64,000 nt of DNA from Camelus ferus (GCF_009834535.1 NC_045715.1:24118001-24182000), one strand, 5' to 3'; counted from the first letter of the stretch, positions 1-13,949 are shown. The notes: generated from the sequence alone by a model not told the origin. A program made the numbers and translations.

Positions 1-79
1 TCCTGGCATGTGTTCATTAGCTATATGAATGTTATGCTGTATATTATTCCCTTTTTTTATTATAATAATTTTAATGGGA

Positions 80-1440
80 TTAATATTGATTTTTTTTGTT
101 GCTCATTTTTTTCAGTTTTTTTTTTATTGTGGTAAAATACACATTAAACAATAACTGCCCACTCCCCCTCAACCCCACGCAACTTTCTATCTCTATGGTT
201 TTGACTACTCTAAGTACCCCATATAAATGAATTATACAATATTTGTCTTTTTGTGACTGATTTATTTCACTTTGCATAATGTCCTCAAGGTTCTTCCATG
301 TTGTAGCATATTGCAGAATTCCTTTCATTTTTAAAGCCGAACAATATGTATATACTACATTTTGCTTATCCACTCATCTATTGATGGACACTTGGGTTGT
401 TTCATGTTTTAGCTATTGTGAATAAAGCTGCTAAGCATATATGGGTGCACGAATATCACTTTGAGACCCTGTTTTCAATTATTCTGAGTATATATCCAGA
501 TATTGAATTGCTGAATCATATGGTAATTCTATTTTTAATTGTTTAAGGAATTACCTTAATNNNNNNNNNNNNNNNNNNNNNNNNNNNNNNNNNNNNNNNN
601 NNNNNNNNNNNNNNNNNNNNNNNNNNNNNNNNNNNNNNNNNNNNNNNNNNNNNNNNNNNNNNNNNNNNNNNNNNNNNNNNNNNNNNNNNNNNNNNNNNNN
701 NNNNNNNNNNNNNNNNNNNNNNNNNNNNNNNNNNNNNNNNNNNNNNNNNNNNNNNNNNNNNNNNNNNNNNNNNNNNNNNNNNNNNNNNNNNNNNNNNNNN
801 NNNNNNNNNNCCATTTTTGCACTGGGTTGTTGTTGCTGAGTTGTAGGAGTTCTCTACATATTCTGGATATTTTTTCAAATTTTTTCCTTTTCTTTTTTTT
901 TTTTTTTTCTATATATTCTGGGTATAAATCTCTTATCAGATACATGATTTTCAAAAATTTTCTCCTATTAGGTAGATTGCCTTTTATATTTCATAAATTT
1001 GAATTTTAGGATGAGTTTTTCTATTTCTGCAAAAAACATCGTTGGGATTTTGATAGGGGTTGCATTAAAAATGCAGATTGTTTTGGGTAGTTTTAACAAT
1101 ATGAAGGCTTCCAATCTATGCCTATAGGATGCATTTCCACTTATTATGTCTTCTTTAATTTCTTTCAGCAATGTTTTGTAGTTTTCATTGTTTTTCACCT
1201 CAATTCCTCAGCATTTTATTCTTTTTGATGCTGCTGTAAATGGCATTGTTTTTGAAATTTTCTTTTCAGATGATTCATTGTTAGTGTGTAGAAAAGCAAC
1301 TGATTTTTCTGTGTTGACTTTGTATCTTGTTACTTTGCTAAATTTATTTAAGTCCTAACAGGTTTTTTTTGTGTGTGTGAAATCTTTAGGGTTTTCTACA
1401 TATAAAATCATATCATCTATAAACAGAGATAAAGCAGGCA
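80..1440 (-). mobile_element. LINE-1 remnant (3' end and ORF2 fragments), interrupted by N block 561-810
   Basis: Minus-strand peptides [13 protein letters not shown] and [22 protein letters not shown] are L1 ORF2-like; 80-373 resembles an L1M 3' end. Confidence 0.88.
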
Positions 1441-1759
1441 ACTTTGCCTTGTCCCTTTTGTTGCTCATTTTTACATGAAACTAGTTTTCCTGTTTAGGGG
1501 GAGGTGTGGTCAGTAGAGCTTTTCTAACTTCAGAGTTCTCTTTTCTGTTTTTGTGTAGCGTTCAAATAAATGGCAGCTTACTTTCTGGGGTTTCCTGGCT
1601 CTATCTACCCCCATCCTCCACCCACTTTATTTTGCCTTTATGTTTCCAAAGTACTCCCTCCCCTTCCCCCAACATATACAGTTTTAAAAAACTTTTTATT
1701 ACGTCACTCTTAGTATTGAGTAAACTATCAAGAATCAATAAATACATGAGGAAAATCTC

Positions 1760-3100
1760 ATGAATGTCAGAACCCAAAACAAAGAAGCAGAAAAGAAAGA
1801 GTTAATGTAGAGAACCAAAGAAGACTTAACAAAAATCTTAGCCTCAAAGAGTAGCATCCATGAAATGGGAATGCGATAATATTAGAAATGAAAGGAGGGA
1901 GGAAGAATGAAAAGAAGCAGGCAGAAAATAAAAAAAAGTCTTGGAAATTTAAAATAGGAAAATATGAAAGATTTTTAAAGGTACAGTGGAGAATTTGGAA
2001 GGTGAAGTTGAGGAAGTTTCCCAGAGAGGAGAGGGAAAATAGGGAAGTAAAGAGAAGAGAAAAGAGAATTTGAGGATGAATTCAGGTCATCCAATATCCC
2101 ATTTATATAGTAATTCTAGAAAGAGAAATGAATGAAAGACTCCCCGAGTGCCCTGGTACAATGAATGCAAAAAAGACCTAAACCAAAACACTAGTGATAG
2201 AAAAAGGAAGGATCCTAGAAGCTTCTTGAGAGAAAAAACTGGTTACATAGGAAAGATTAGGAATCAGAATGATACCAAGTTAGAAGACATCCGAATAATC
2301 CCTTCAAATGCTGAGAACATTGTTTTCATATTCAAGTCTATGCCTAGCCAAAATATCTATCAAATATGGGAATAGTATAAAGACATTTTCAGGCATGCAA
2401 GGTCTCATTTATCTATTCTTTCTCAGGAAGCAACTGGATGACATTTTCCACAGAAATGATGGTGGAAATAAAACAAGAAAAATAAAAGTCATGGGACCCA
2501 ATACAAGAAAGAAGCAAAAGATATCCCCAGCTAAGGTGAAGGGAAATCACAGGAAGAGTTGTTTGGCAGGCCTAGGGTGCAACCATTGGAAGACTCCAGA
2601 AACAACAGAATGGATAATTTACCAGATACAATTAACCATGTGAGAGGAGGTTTTCAGTACTGATGGAACATTTAGAGATGGATATAGTAATATGTACATA
2701 GAAAATTAAAATTTTAAAACAGGCAACTATTAATTCCAGGAAAGACAACTCACATGAAAAAGAAATATAATTTCTGTGTGGCTCATTTGCAAACATTTAT
2801 ATAATCATAATAATGAAAAACAGAATAGAGATTTAACTAAAAATTATGATAAAACAATTTTGGGAATATGAAGTGAGTGGTAGGAGATATAAAAAATTAA
2901 ATCCTCATTGTCTATAGTTAAAAGACAACAGATAATGTATAAAATTGAAAAATCAAGAACAGTAAATGTGTGTTATTTAGAAACGAAAGGTAAATATTAG
3001 AAAGAACTACTAGAGTTTGAAATAGTTGCTTGTGGATTGAGAGAGGAGTTGGGGTGAAGCAAGGATCTCTGGTTTTACTTTAAGCCTCATAATATTATTT
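1760..3100 (+). mobile_element. Ancient L1/HAL1-like remnant (degenerate ORF1-like, A-rich)
   Basis: Purine-rich strand with ORF1-like remnant KDPRSFLREKTGYIGKIRNQND; many frame disruptions. Confidence 0.6.
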
Positions 3101-3197
3101 GACTTTTTAAAACTGTAATTTCATAATAGTTAATATGAAATATATTTAAAGTTAAATGATATTATTTCAGAGCTAAGTGGATGGATTGAAAAGTGGC

Positions 3198-3789
3198 TGT
3201 AATAAATTGGCCTTCCGGAATTCAGTATGGCAGAAAGAATGTGCATTATGCAGAAAAGAGTTAACATAGCCAAACTGACTGATATCCTTTGAAATGCCTG
3301 CTTACCTGGCTGGCATCTGGGAACTTCCTGGATTTCAGAAAGATTCTCACCACACTCACTGATAAGAGTTGTTCACTGTGCCTAAATTATTTGTGCAAAC
3401 AACATGTTTTATGCTAGACACCTGCTTTCCTTCTGGAAGTCTGGAATTTGAGTACATGCCACCAGGCAGTGGGTGCCTATGTAACCAGCCCCCAATAAAA
3501 ACTCTGAACAGTCTCTAATGAGCTTCCTTGGTAAACAACATTTGACGTGTGTTGTTACAACTCATTGTTGAGGGAATTAAGAGCATCCTGTGTGAAGGAT
3601 TCATGGAAGCTTGGGCCTGGTTTCCTCCAGACTACACCCCATGTGACTTTTCTGTTTGCTGATTTTACTGATTTTGCTCTGTGTCCTTCCTCTGTAATAA
3701 ATCATAGCCGTAAATATAGCTGCATACTGAATCCTGATTCCCCCTAACGAATCACTGAATTTGGGGGTGGTCTTGAGGACCCCTGACAC
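3198..3789 (+). mobile_element. Solo LTR, MER21-like
   Basis: Starts TGT, internal AATAAA motifs, ends ggggtggtcttgaggacccctgacac, resembling the recalled MER21 terminus. Confidence 0.7.
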
Positions 3790-5017
3790 GCATATTTCAT
3801 TCCAAATACCCGTTAAACTAATAGTGTAAACACAGGATGTGTGCGTGCAAGCAATAAAACTCAATTCTAGCTATCTCAGGAAAAAACAGAATTTATTGGA
3901 TGGGTTGAAGGGGGGAGCTCACAAAATTGAAAGGAGACTGGAGGAGCAAGCTAGAAATCAGATATAATCTAGCCAGATCATTGCCACCTCTGCCTATATT
4001 GTAAATAGTATCTTAAAGTTTTTTTTCTCTCAGTTGCTGGTATCAGAAATACGATTTATTGTTGCATCTTATATCTAGCCACCTTGCTAAACTTTTTTAT
4101 TATACCTAATAATTTGGTTGGTTCTGAAGGGTTTTCTCTATAGATAGTTACATTATCCATTAATAAGTTTTGATCTTCCCTTTTCAAACAATAGGCCAGA
4201 CCTCTCTTTCTCCTTCCCAGTCTCCCTCCTTCCTTTCTCTCTCTTCCTCTCCCTCTTTCTTCCTTCTTTCCCCCCTCCATTTCTCTTTCTTTCTCTTTCT
4301 GTCTTACCGACCTTCAGCACCATGTTATGTAGGGCCTATAGACATCCTTGTCTTGTTACTTAAAGGAAATGCTTTTGACGTTTCCTTATTGAGAATGATG
4401 TTTGCTTTAGGTGTTATGTTAGATACCCTTTAACAGATTCAGGACGATCATTTCTATTCTTAATTTACTAAAAGTTGTTTTATTATGATGAGTGTTAAAT
4501 TTTATAAAATGCTTTTCTACATTTATTAAGATGATAATTGGTTTTCTCCTTCACTGTTAATGTGAAGAATTGGTTCTCTAATATTAAACCGTTTTCATAT
4601 CCCTGGAATTAGCCTGACTTCGTCATGATTTATTACCTCTTTTATACATCACTGATTTGGTTTGCTAATACTTTAATACATTTGTATCTAGGTTCACAAG
4701 TGAGATTGGCTTTAATTTGATTGCTTCGGGAATTAAGTTTTATTAATCTCATAGAATGAGTTGGAAATATTTCCTTTTTTTTCAGTTTTCTGGAAGAGAT
4801 TGTGTATGATTGAAATGAACTGTTTTTTGGAAAGTTGGTAGAATTCACCTAATAATTATTTACTCCTGATGTATTTTTTGTAAGAAATTTTAACAATTTT
4901 CAGTTTCTTTAATGGGCATAGGATTATACAAGATTTTTACTCCTTCAGTTACATTTTTCTAGGATTTTGTTCATCTAAGTTTTGTAAAATGTTTTCTCTT
5001 AAATCTCTGCTGCTTCT

Positions 5018-5160
5018 GGGGGAAGGTGTAGCTCAAGTGGTAGAGTGTATGCTTAGCAAGCACAAGGACCTGGGTTCAATCCCCAGGGCCTCCTCTAAAA
5101 ATAAATAGACCTAATTACCTCCCCCACAAAAAACTAAAATAAAATAAAATAATTAAAAAA
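5018..5160 (+). mobile_element. tRNA-derived camelid-type (Vic-like) SINE with 17-bp target-site duplication
   Basis: A box TAGCTCAAGTGG at 5029-5040, B box GGTTCAATCC at 5073-5082, A-rich tail, flanking repeat aaatctctgctgcttct at 5001-5017 and 5161-5177. Confidence 0.9.
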
Positions 5161-6734
5161 AAATCTCTGCTGCTTCTATCGTTATGTTCCCCTTTGCATT
5201 ACTAATATTTTTTCTCCTCTTTCCTCTCCCCCCTACCCCCACTGCCTATCAATTTTATTACTGTTTCCCCCAGATAGCTAACTTTTGGCCTCGTTGATCA
5301 TCTCTAGTCTATTTTTCTGATTGTTACTCTAATCATTTTAATCTGCTTTCTTCCCCTTTGTTCTTTTTCTAACTTTTTAAATTTTTTAATTTTCAGACAT
5401 TCTTCATTTCTAATATAAGCATTCAAGGCTATAAGTTTACCTTGAATTACCACTATTCTTTGTTCCTCAAGTTTTAATACACAGTATTCTTATTATTGCT
5501 CAATTCTAAATATTTTGTACACTTCTTTTATGATTTCATCCTGGACCCAAGTGTTGTTTTCGAAGCGTGTGTGTTAAATTAACTTTTTTATTTTGAGATA
5601 ATTGTAGGTTAATAAGCAGTTATAAGAGATAATACAGAGAGATTTCATGTATACTTTATCCAGTTTCCTCCAATAGTAACATCTTGCAAAACTATAGAAA
5701 ATATCACAATTAGGATATTAACATTGATGAGAATTCAACCTTTTATGTGATGAATCATATCTCTTGCTGCTTTCAAGATTCTCTCTTTGTCCTTGGCTTT
5801 TGACCGATTGTTTGCGATGTGTCTAGATATAGATCTATTTGAGTTTATCTTAGAGTGTGTTGAGCTTCTTGTGTGTGTAGATTCACAATTTTCACCCAAT
5901 TTGGGAAGTTTTGGGACATTACTCAATTTTTTTGGTTCCTTTCTCTCCTCTCCTTCTGGGACCTCCATTATGCATATGTTGGTACACTTCATGGTGTTTC
6001 ATAGGTCCCTGTGGCTCTGTTCATTTTTCTTTTTTTTCCTCTCTGGTCCTCAGACTGGAGAGTCTCACCTGACCTATCTTCAAGTTTGCTGATTCTTCTT
6101 TCTGCCAAGTTGAATCTATAGATGTGCCCATCTAGTAAAATTTTCACTTCAGTTGTTGTACTGAAGTTCTCTTTTTGTATTAGTATTTATACTTGTATTG
6201 GTTCTTTTTATAATTCTATTTCTTTACTCATAGTCTGTATTTGGTGAGACATTCTCGTACTTTCCTTTATTTCTTTAGATATGATTTCTTTTAGTTCTCT
6301 GAATATATTTATAATAGCTGACTCAAATTCTTTGTCTAGTAAAGTCTGTGCATCTAGGCTTCCTGAGAGTTTCTATTAATCGTTTCCTCCCCCATCGCGA
6401 CCCCATGTCTGTCATATTTTCCCGTTTTGTTGTGTGTCTCATTAAGTTTTTTTGAAAATTAGACATTTTAACTAATATAGTGTGGGCAACTCTGGAAATC
6501 ACATTCCTCTCACTTCACAGGGTCTGCAGTTGGTGGTGTTTGTTGTTGTTGTTGCTTCTGTTGCTGTTTGTTTAGTGACTTTCCTGAACTAATTCTGTAA
6601 AATCTGTATTCTTTGTCATGCGTGGCCACAACAGTCTGCTTGCTTAGCTTAGTGATCAGGTAATGAATGGACAACTATTTCCTTACATGCCTTGAATTAA
6701 TAAGTCTCCCAGCCTTTGTCAAGGGTGTGTTTTG

Positions 6735-6752
6735 TGTGTGTGTGTGTGTGTG
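6735..6752. repeat. (TG)n microsatellite
   Basis: About 9 TG units. Confidence 0.8.
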
Positions 6753-7585
6753 GTGTTAGGGTATATCTTCAAGATTCCAGCAAAATGCAAACAACTCTGC
6801 TTTAGTCTTTACTTCCCCTATGTGCAAAGCTTTAAGGTATCCTAGCCGTGAGAGAGATTAGGGTCTTCTCAGAACTTTCCTGGGTGTGCACACAGCCCTG
6901 AATGTGTGGCCTTCTAGATTTCCAAGAATATGTTGGAACTTTTCAAAGACTCCTATAGATATCTTATTCTGAAGTTTTTCCTTTTAAGCTTTTTGTCAGC
7001 TTCTTCTTTGCCCTACCCAATTGTTACCATCCTAAGGTACCTGTGATGTTAAACAACTGCCACTGATTATTTTTAATAAATGCCCCAGGGAAAAGGGTAT
7101 TCACAGAGAATGAACTCTGAGTTTACTATTGCTAAGTNNNNNNNNNNNNNNNNNNNNNNNNNNNNNNNNNNNNNNNNNNNNNNNNNNNNNNNNNNNNNNN
7201 NNNNNNNNNNNNNNNNNNNNNNNNNNNNNNNNNNNNNNNNNNNNNNNNNNNNNNNNNNNNNNNNNNNNNTAAGTCTTTATTTCTTAGGGAGAGATGCTCT
7301 GGCGTGCAACTGCTAAGTCATATGCTAATTGCATGTTTAATATTTTCAATAAACTGCCAATCTAGAAGACATACAAAAAATGAAAAGNNNNNNNNNNNNN
7401 NNNNNNNNNNNNNNNNNNNNNNNNNNNNNNNNNNNNNNNNNNNNNNNNNNNNNNNNNNNNNNNNNNNNNNNNNNNNNNNNNNNNNNNNNNNNNNNNNNNN
7501 NNNNNNNNNNNNNNNNNNNNNNNNNNNNNNNNNNNNNNNNNNNNNNNNNNNNNNNNNNNNNNNNNNNNNNNNNNNNNNNNNNNNN

Positions 7586-8577
7586 GATGGAGGAATCATG
7601 CTTCCTGATTTCAAACTATATTACAAAGCTATAGTAATAGAAAAAAGTATGGCATTGGCATTAAAAACAGACACATAGATCAATGAGACAGAATAGAAAG
7701 CCCCAAAATAAACCATGAATATATAATTAATTAATTTATGACAGCCAAGAATATATAATGGGGAAATGACAGTCTCTTTAATAAATGACCAGTTGGAAAA
7801 ACTGGACATCCACATGCAAAAGAATGAGGCTGGACCACTATCTTACACCATACACAGACGTTAACTCAAAATGGATTAAAGAAACCATAAAACTCCTAGA
7901 AGAAAACATAGGCAGTAAGCTTCTTGACATCAGTCTTGACAATGACTTTTTGCATTTGACACCAAAAGCAAAGGTAGCAAAAGCAAGAATAAACAAATTA
8001 ATCAAACCAAAAATCTGCTCATATTATTTTTACTTTTGAGAATTTAGTGAGCTTTCATGTGTTTGTGTTTTGAGATAATGTGCTATATATATAGTTTTGT
8101 AAGATATAACCATTGGGAGAAACTGGGTGAAGAGTACATAGGACATCTTTCTCTGTATTATCTCTGCAACATCCTGTGAATCTATCATTATTTAAGAATT
8201 GAAAAATTTTAAAAAGGAGAAATGAAGTATTGATATATGCTACAACACAGATAAACCTTGAAAACATTATGCTAAGTAAAAGAAATTAGTCACAAAACAG
8301 TATATATTGTACGATTCAATTCACATGAAATGACCAGAATAGGCAGATGTAGAGGCAGAAAAGTCAATCTGTACTTGCCCAGAATTGGGGGGGGAGGAGG
8401 GAGGGGGGAGTAGGGATATGAGGCTTTTTGGGGGGGTGATGAAAATATTCTAAAATTAGATATGCTGATGGTTGCACAACTTTGCAAATATTCTAAAAAT
8501 CATTGAATTGTATAATTTTAATGGATGGATTTTATGGTAAATAAGCTATATCTCAATAAAGCTTTAATTAAAAAAAA
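7586..8577 (+). mobile_element. LINE-1 ORF2 C-terminal fragment followed by L1M 3'-end fragments
   Basis: GGIMLPDFKLYYKAIVI and WKNWTSTCKRMRLDHYLTPYT are L1 ORF2-like; ends tatctcaataaag plus poly(A). Confidence 0.85.
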
Positions 8578-8685
8578 CTCTGCTGCTATCATCTTCCTAA
8601 CGTTAGTTTAAATTTCAAATTCTTTCTTGTTCGTTGTTCATTTTTTATAATATTATGACTTGTCTTTGTAAAAAACCTCTATGTT

Positions 8686-9075
8686 TGAGGCCAACAAGTC
8701 CCATGATCTGTCATCTGCAAGCTGGAGAACCAGGAAAGCTACTGGTATAATTCAGTCCAAGTCCAAGGCCTGGAAACCAGGAGCACCAAAGTCCAAGGGC
8801 AGGAGAAGACAATGCTCTGGCTAATGAAGAGAGCAAATTCAGCCTTCCTCTACCTTTTTGTCCCATTCTGGCCCTCAACANNNNNNNNNNNNNNNNNNNN
8901 NNNNNNNNNNNNNNNNNNNNNNNNNNNNNNNNNNNNNNNNNNNNNNNNNNNNNNNNNNNNNNNNNNNNNNNNNNNNNNNNNNNNNNNNNNNNNNNNNNNN
9001 NNNNNNNNNNNNNNNNNNNNNNNNNNNNNNNNNNNNNNNNNNNNNNNNNNNNNNNNNNNNNNNNNNNNNNNNNAA
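8686..9075 (-). mobile_element. MLT2-like (ERVL) LTR fragment, partly masked
   Basis: aagtcccatgatctgtcatctgcaagctggagaaccagg and gagagcaaattcagccttcctctacctttttgt match the reverse complement of the recalled MLT2 consensus. Confidence 0.7.
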
Positions 9076-10469
9076 TTCTGTTAAAACGCAGGTTCTAGTT
9101 TGGTAGGTACTATTATTTTTGTGCATTTTCTCTCTTTAGTAATATTATACCAAGTAGATGGCTACTTGCAGGGTCAGTTCTTATGCTAAAATATGGAAAC
9201 AACATTTTATGGTGTCCTGGTTTCACTCACAAGTAAAAGTTTAGGATTTAACAAAAATGCTAATTAAAAGTTGAAATAAAAAGACATTAAATCAGGTAGA
9301 ACAATTTAGACTTGCCACATACTATTTACTTCCAGGTTTGTGGATTAGTATCCCACTGAGTATATGGTAAAATGTTCTAGCCAGAATTCAAGTCCAAAAA
9401 GGCCAATGCAAGCCATATCAAGTGGATCTTTCAAACCACATTGTACCATACTCTCTTGCCTGGCTAAATCTTAAAGCTTGAATTATTCAAGCCATTTCCC
9501 TGCTTTAAAAATCATAAGGAACTACTGCCCCTTCACATCCAGTTCCCTACCCAACAGATTCTATGCTCCGACTTTGTTTTACCTTTCCAGTCTTTTCTCT
9601 CACATCTCCCATTTTTGGTCAAAAGGGGTAACCTCTTGTTCTCTGAATCAATCTTATGGTGTCCCACCTTCCTCTGCTCATCCAGGTGCTCAGCCTGGAC
9701 CACGCTCCCTCTACCATCCTCCTAGCTGACACTCAACACAAGATTTAAGGTGGAGTTCAAATGGCACCTTTTTCACAGAGCCTTCCCCTCTTCTTTAAAC
9801 TTTCATGCCACTTTGCTTGCACCTCTCTTGAGGTGCTTATACGTTGTCACATGTTTTAGTTATTAAGATACATGCTTTCTTCCTGTGATTAGATTTTAAG
9901 TGACTTCAAGCGTAAGAGCATAGTCTTTTCACCCTTGTGGTCTTCACAGGCATATAACAGAACCTAACAGGCAGCTCACAAATAATTATTGAATGAATAT
10001 GTAATTTAGTGTGACCAAAAGAGGCTCCCGAGAACTTGAGCTGACTTACTTCCTTAATCCTGGGCCCTCAGACCCAATAGGGGCTCCTGAGTAACCCTTT
10101 GCCAGCCTCTTAATTTGCAATGATTGTACCAGTGTTGTCAAAACCTCCTAAGTTTGAACTTAGATTCATCACCGATCTTCTCCTTTGTTCCTAAGTCCAA
10201 TCAGTCATCAAACTGCTGATTTGTTTTCTGATTCCTGATTTGACCCTTCCTTTCTCTACCATCTCTTCTACCATTCTGGTTAATGCTCTTTTATTTTCAC
10301 AAAGCCTAATTATCGATAATAAATTCTTCCTGGTTTACCCAATATTATTCCTGTTGTAGTTTATCCTATGTATAATGGATACCATAATAATAATAATTTC
10401 ATAGTTACAAATTGATAAATGAGATATGGCATGCATACTGGATCTATTTGGTAGTGCCCACTATATCTT

Positions 10470-10730
10470 TAGAGAATTCTGCCCACATCCTCTGGTTCTG
10501 GACATGAATAATGACCAGAACTCATCAGAGTATCATGCCTTTCTGGCCACAGCTATTGTTCAGGTTGGCTGAGAGACAGTAAAAGACCGTGTCCCAGTGA
10601 CATAATTTGAGTCCCTTGACTTGATCTTACCTAAAACCAGATGCACCCCTGCACTTTCTGGTTATGAGAATCAGTAGACTTCCTTTATTAATTAAACTAG
10701 TTTGAGTTTGTTTTCTAAGTGCAATAAAGA
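10470..10730. mobile_element. MLT1-like (MaLR) LTR remnant
   Basis: Ends with aaactagtttgagtttgttttctaagtgcaa, typical of old MLT1 termini. Confidence 0.55.
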
Positions 10731-13700
10731 TTTTTAAATAAATACAGTGTGTTAAAGCACTAAACACAGTACCTTGCACAGAAGTATTAGGTATTACTTT
10801 TGATTATCCCTATACCCTTGCCAAACTCACATCCAATTCGACCTTTTCTTTTTTTTTTTAACATCTTCCCATACAGACCAGCTAGGATATTTTCCTTATT
10901 ATTCCCTGCATATTGTCCCTTTGCCTGGGCTGCCCTATCTTCAGCCTAATAATGTCATTCCACGCTCTTTTCACCAATTCACATCCATCACTATTTAGAA
11001 CCAGGCTAAAAGAAGTGTCCTATCCTCCATTTGAATAGTGGTGGCTCTACACTGTTCACCGCCTTACCTAATTTCTCCTGCATGTGTCTTCCAGTTATTT
11101 CTAGCTTGCTTGATTGTACACTATTCAAGGCAAGGAAAAATATATTCTATGCTTACATATCATTACTGTGCCCCTTCTAGGTTGAGATTTTGTCATTATT
11201 TTCCAAAGCAATTTACACAGTGTTGGACACAGAGTAGGTGTTCAAAAAGGGTCTGTTATAGGAATAAATGAGTGGAATTAAATTTAGAGGGTGTGGTATT
11301 CAGTTTAAAGCCTGTTGTTAGCATAGCTAAATTTTTTCTTTTTCTAAGCAAACTATATTCTTAAAGCATTTTCATTACAGCATAAAAATATCACAATGAT
11401 TCCAACCTCCAATATTCTTCCCACTATGATTTCAGAATTCTTTTAGCCAAAGTTTAAGGAAGGAATATTCCATTAAAAATAACTTAACACAACATTGTAA
11501 ACTGACTATAACTCAATAAAAATAATTTAACACTCAATTAAAACCTGTTTTCTTCACATCACACATATTTTGTTAATCCAGTGGGTATTGCATCTGAGGT
11601 TTCTTGCTTTGGTAAACTATTGATAATACTAAAGCACTGACAAAGCTATCCTGAGATGCTAGGGGAAAAAAATTGAGGGAAAGTTTTTGTAGTCACGTTT
11701 CCTCTCTCGGTTCTAAATGGTAAAACATTCTCTTACTCCAAATAAGTTAGTCTCTACTTTAAAAAGCAGAACCTTTAAAAACTACTATTTGGAATCAAAG
11801 ATCTCTGTCTCTTTTTGTTGAATTTAATTGCTGTATGGTTTAATGGAAAGGCCAAGGGCTGGTAAATTTAATCTCTTTAAGATAGCTAAAGATTAAAGTG
11901 AATTAAATTTAGTGCCTATGGGATTTTTGATACCTGTTCCAAATTTGTTTTTAATGACATAATTGTCCCGTGTTACATTTAAGATTACATCATAGTGAAC
12001 TGGTTATGTGTGCTAACAGGAACCAATTCCAAATATTAAAAATAAAAGTGAGGACAACTGTAATGTTACCATTAAGAAAGTGGAAGTAGAAAATGAAAGA
12101 AACACTTAGGTTGAATTAGGTCTTACTATGAAAGCTTTGAATAGAAAAACCTGGAAATCATATGTATCAGGTTAACAATTAATTTTCAATAGCATTCAAA
12201 TCATCATTTCACTTTCTGTTACAAGTGCAGACTAATATATTTTCTGAGAGTATTTATTCATTTTTTAATTTCAGTAGAAAAATATAGCTCCCAATCACAC
12301 AAATAGAATTGAACATCTATCAAGAAATAAAACTTACTAGTCATATGTAGAAATGGTTATAGTTCACATTTTAAAGGAACAAGAAATGAAATTCAGTATT
12401 CTTGTTTCTATTAGAGACAAACCTTTTTTTTTTTTAAACTAAAAGTAATTATAATATTCTCTTGCCTCTGGGGTTTTCCCTTTCACAATTAATCATCTTT
12501 TCTTCCACACCTTCCTTCTAAATGATTATTCCCCCAGCCTTAGAACACTTAACATTAATTTCATATTATTTCACCTTCACAGCTTTCAAAACATTGCCCT
12601 GCCCTTGCTTACCTCCACATGCCACTCTCTTTTTCTTTAAAAAAGAATTGGTTAATGAAGTAATTTTGCTATCACTTTGCCAGAAGGTGCTACCACGTAA
12701 TCAGGAAAACATCTTTGTAATACAAATTTGCTTCCTTACCTTTATCAAACTTTCAAATTCAAAACACAATATGCTTAAATTTCTTAGGATAATGAACACC
12801 TATCATTCAAAGGTAGCAGTTCGTTCAGTTTAAACATTTATAAGACTTGGATCCTAAGCCTTAATCCTTCTTCCTCTGACTCTAGAATCTGTGTCCTTGA
12901 TCATCAGAACCAAGCTAGAAATTGTCTTATCAAGCTACACCACCAGCGCGGGCATCGGAAACGCTTTCAAAATACGCCATTCATCTTCACATTTAAAGGC
13001 AGCCTATTCATACACCCATTATAAACATCATTAAATATTGGTGCTTCAGACTTCAGTTATACGAGGTATAAGTTATCCAATTTATAGGCAAAACGGGGGT
13101 GGCAAAGGAGCCCTCTTCTCTTCTAAATTTATTTACCAAAGGAAAAGCCAGTCTGATCACATCTGAAAATCTGAAGTCGCCGTTTGTCAAACATCTATTA
13201 GAAAGCCGCTTATTGCATTAAAATAACCGACTCCTAGCCGAATCAGGTTTAAGAGTTTCACTTATCTACAGTGACCAACCAGACGTCCTTAAATAGATTG
13301 TCAAACTTTTATGTTTACTCTTTTAAACACAGAATGGAGAGGATGGCACACAGCGAAAAGTCAGGTCTGTTTCTTAAGAAGGATGTCTTGTGGGGAACAA
13401 GAAGCTCACCTGTACACAACAGAGGCGAGTCTTCCCCGGCGGTCCTCACTGAGAGTATGGACATCGACAGACCTTTGTCCTGGACTGGAGCACGGGGTGA
13501 GGAGGGCGACTTTCTGCGAGTAGTGCAGGCACCTGCACCCCAAGAAACTACAGACCAGTTTTGACTTAAATGATTGTCCTGGTTTAACCTTTGGAGGGAC
13601 CCTTTAGCTCAGGAGGGGGTTTGTTGTCCCAGACCTTAGCCACCGTCTCCGCAGGGCTCGGGGGGAGGGGACGACTAACCACTCTAAAGTTAAGAACCTC

Positions 13701-13949
13701 TGTCTTTCCCAAATGGACCCGAACGTCCCTCAGCTCTCACATCGGGCTCGCCCAGGGGTAAGCTGAGCCAGGGTGAAGCCGCGGCTGAGGCGGACACAGA
13801 TCCCGTCTTTGCTCCGCGCCCTGCCGCGTCCGCACCGCCACCGTGAGGCCGAGCAGGGGACCGTGCCCTGTGGCGGCAGCAGCTCTGCGCTCCTCTCCGC
13901 GCCGCCCCGGCCGCCGCCGCGCCGGGCACGGGCGGGGGGATTTTTTCCN

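Larger units (their letters stand above)
4010..7130 (-). mobile_element. Fragmented old LINE-1 (ORF2, ORF1 and 5' parts) hosting a CT-rich tract and the Vic-like SINE
   Basis: Minus-strand peptide NICIMEVPEGEER...KAKDKERILKAAR (5735-5992) is L1 ORF1p-like; T-rich plus strand. Confidence 0.82.

Noticed and set aside
5018-5095. tRNA-like sequence with A and B boxes
   Set aside because: It continues into a SINE body and A-rich tail with a TSD, so it is a SINE head and not a tRNA gene.
8570-8592. Third copy of ctctgctgct after an L1 poly(A), resembling the SINE TSD
   Set aside because: Only a 10-bp match, and the flanks do not restore a continuous pre-insertion sequence.
13057-13076. loxP-like string ttatacgaggtataagttat with a 6-bp inverted repeat
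   Set aside because: No 13-bp arms or 8-bp spacer; consistent with chance in AT-rich DNA.
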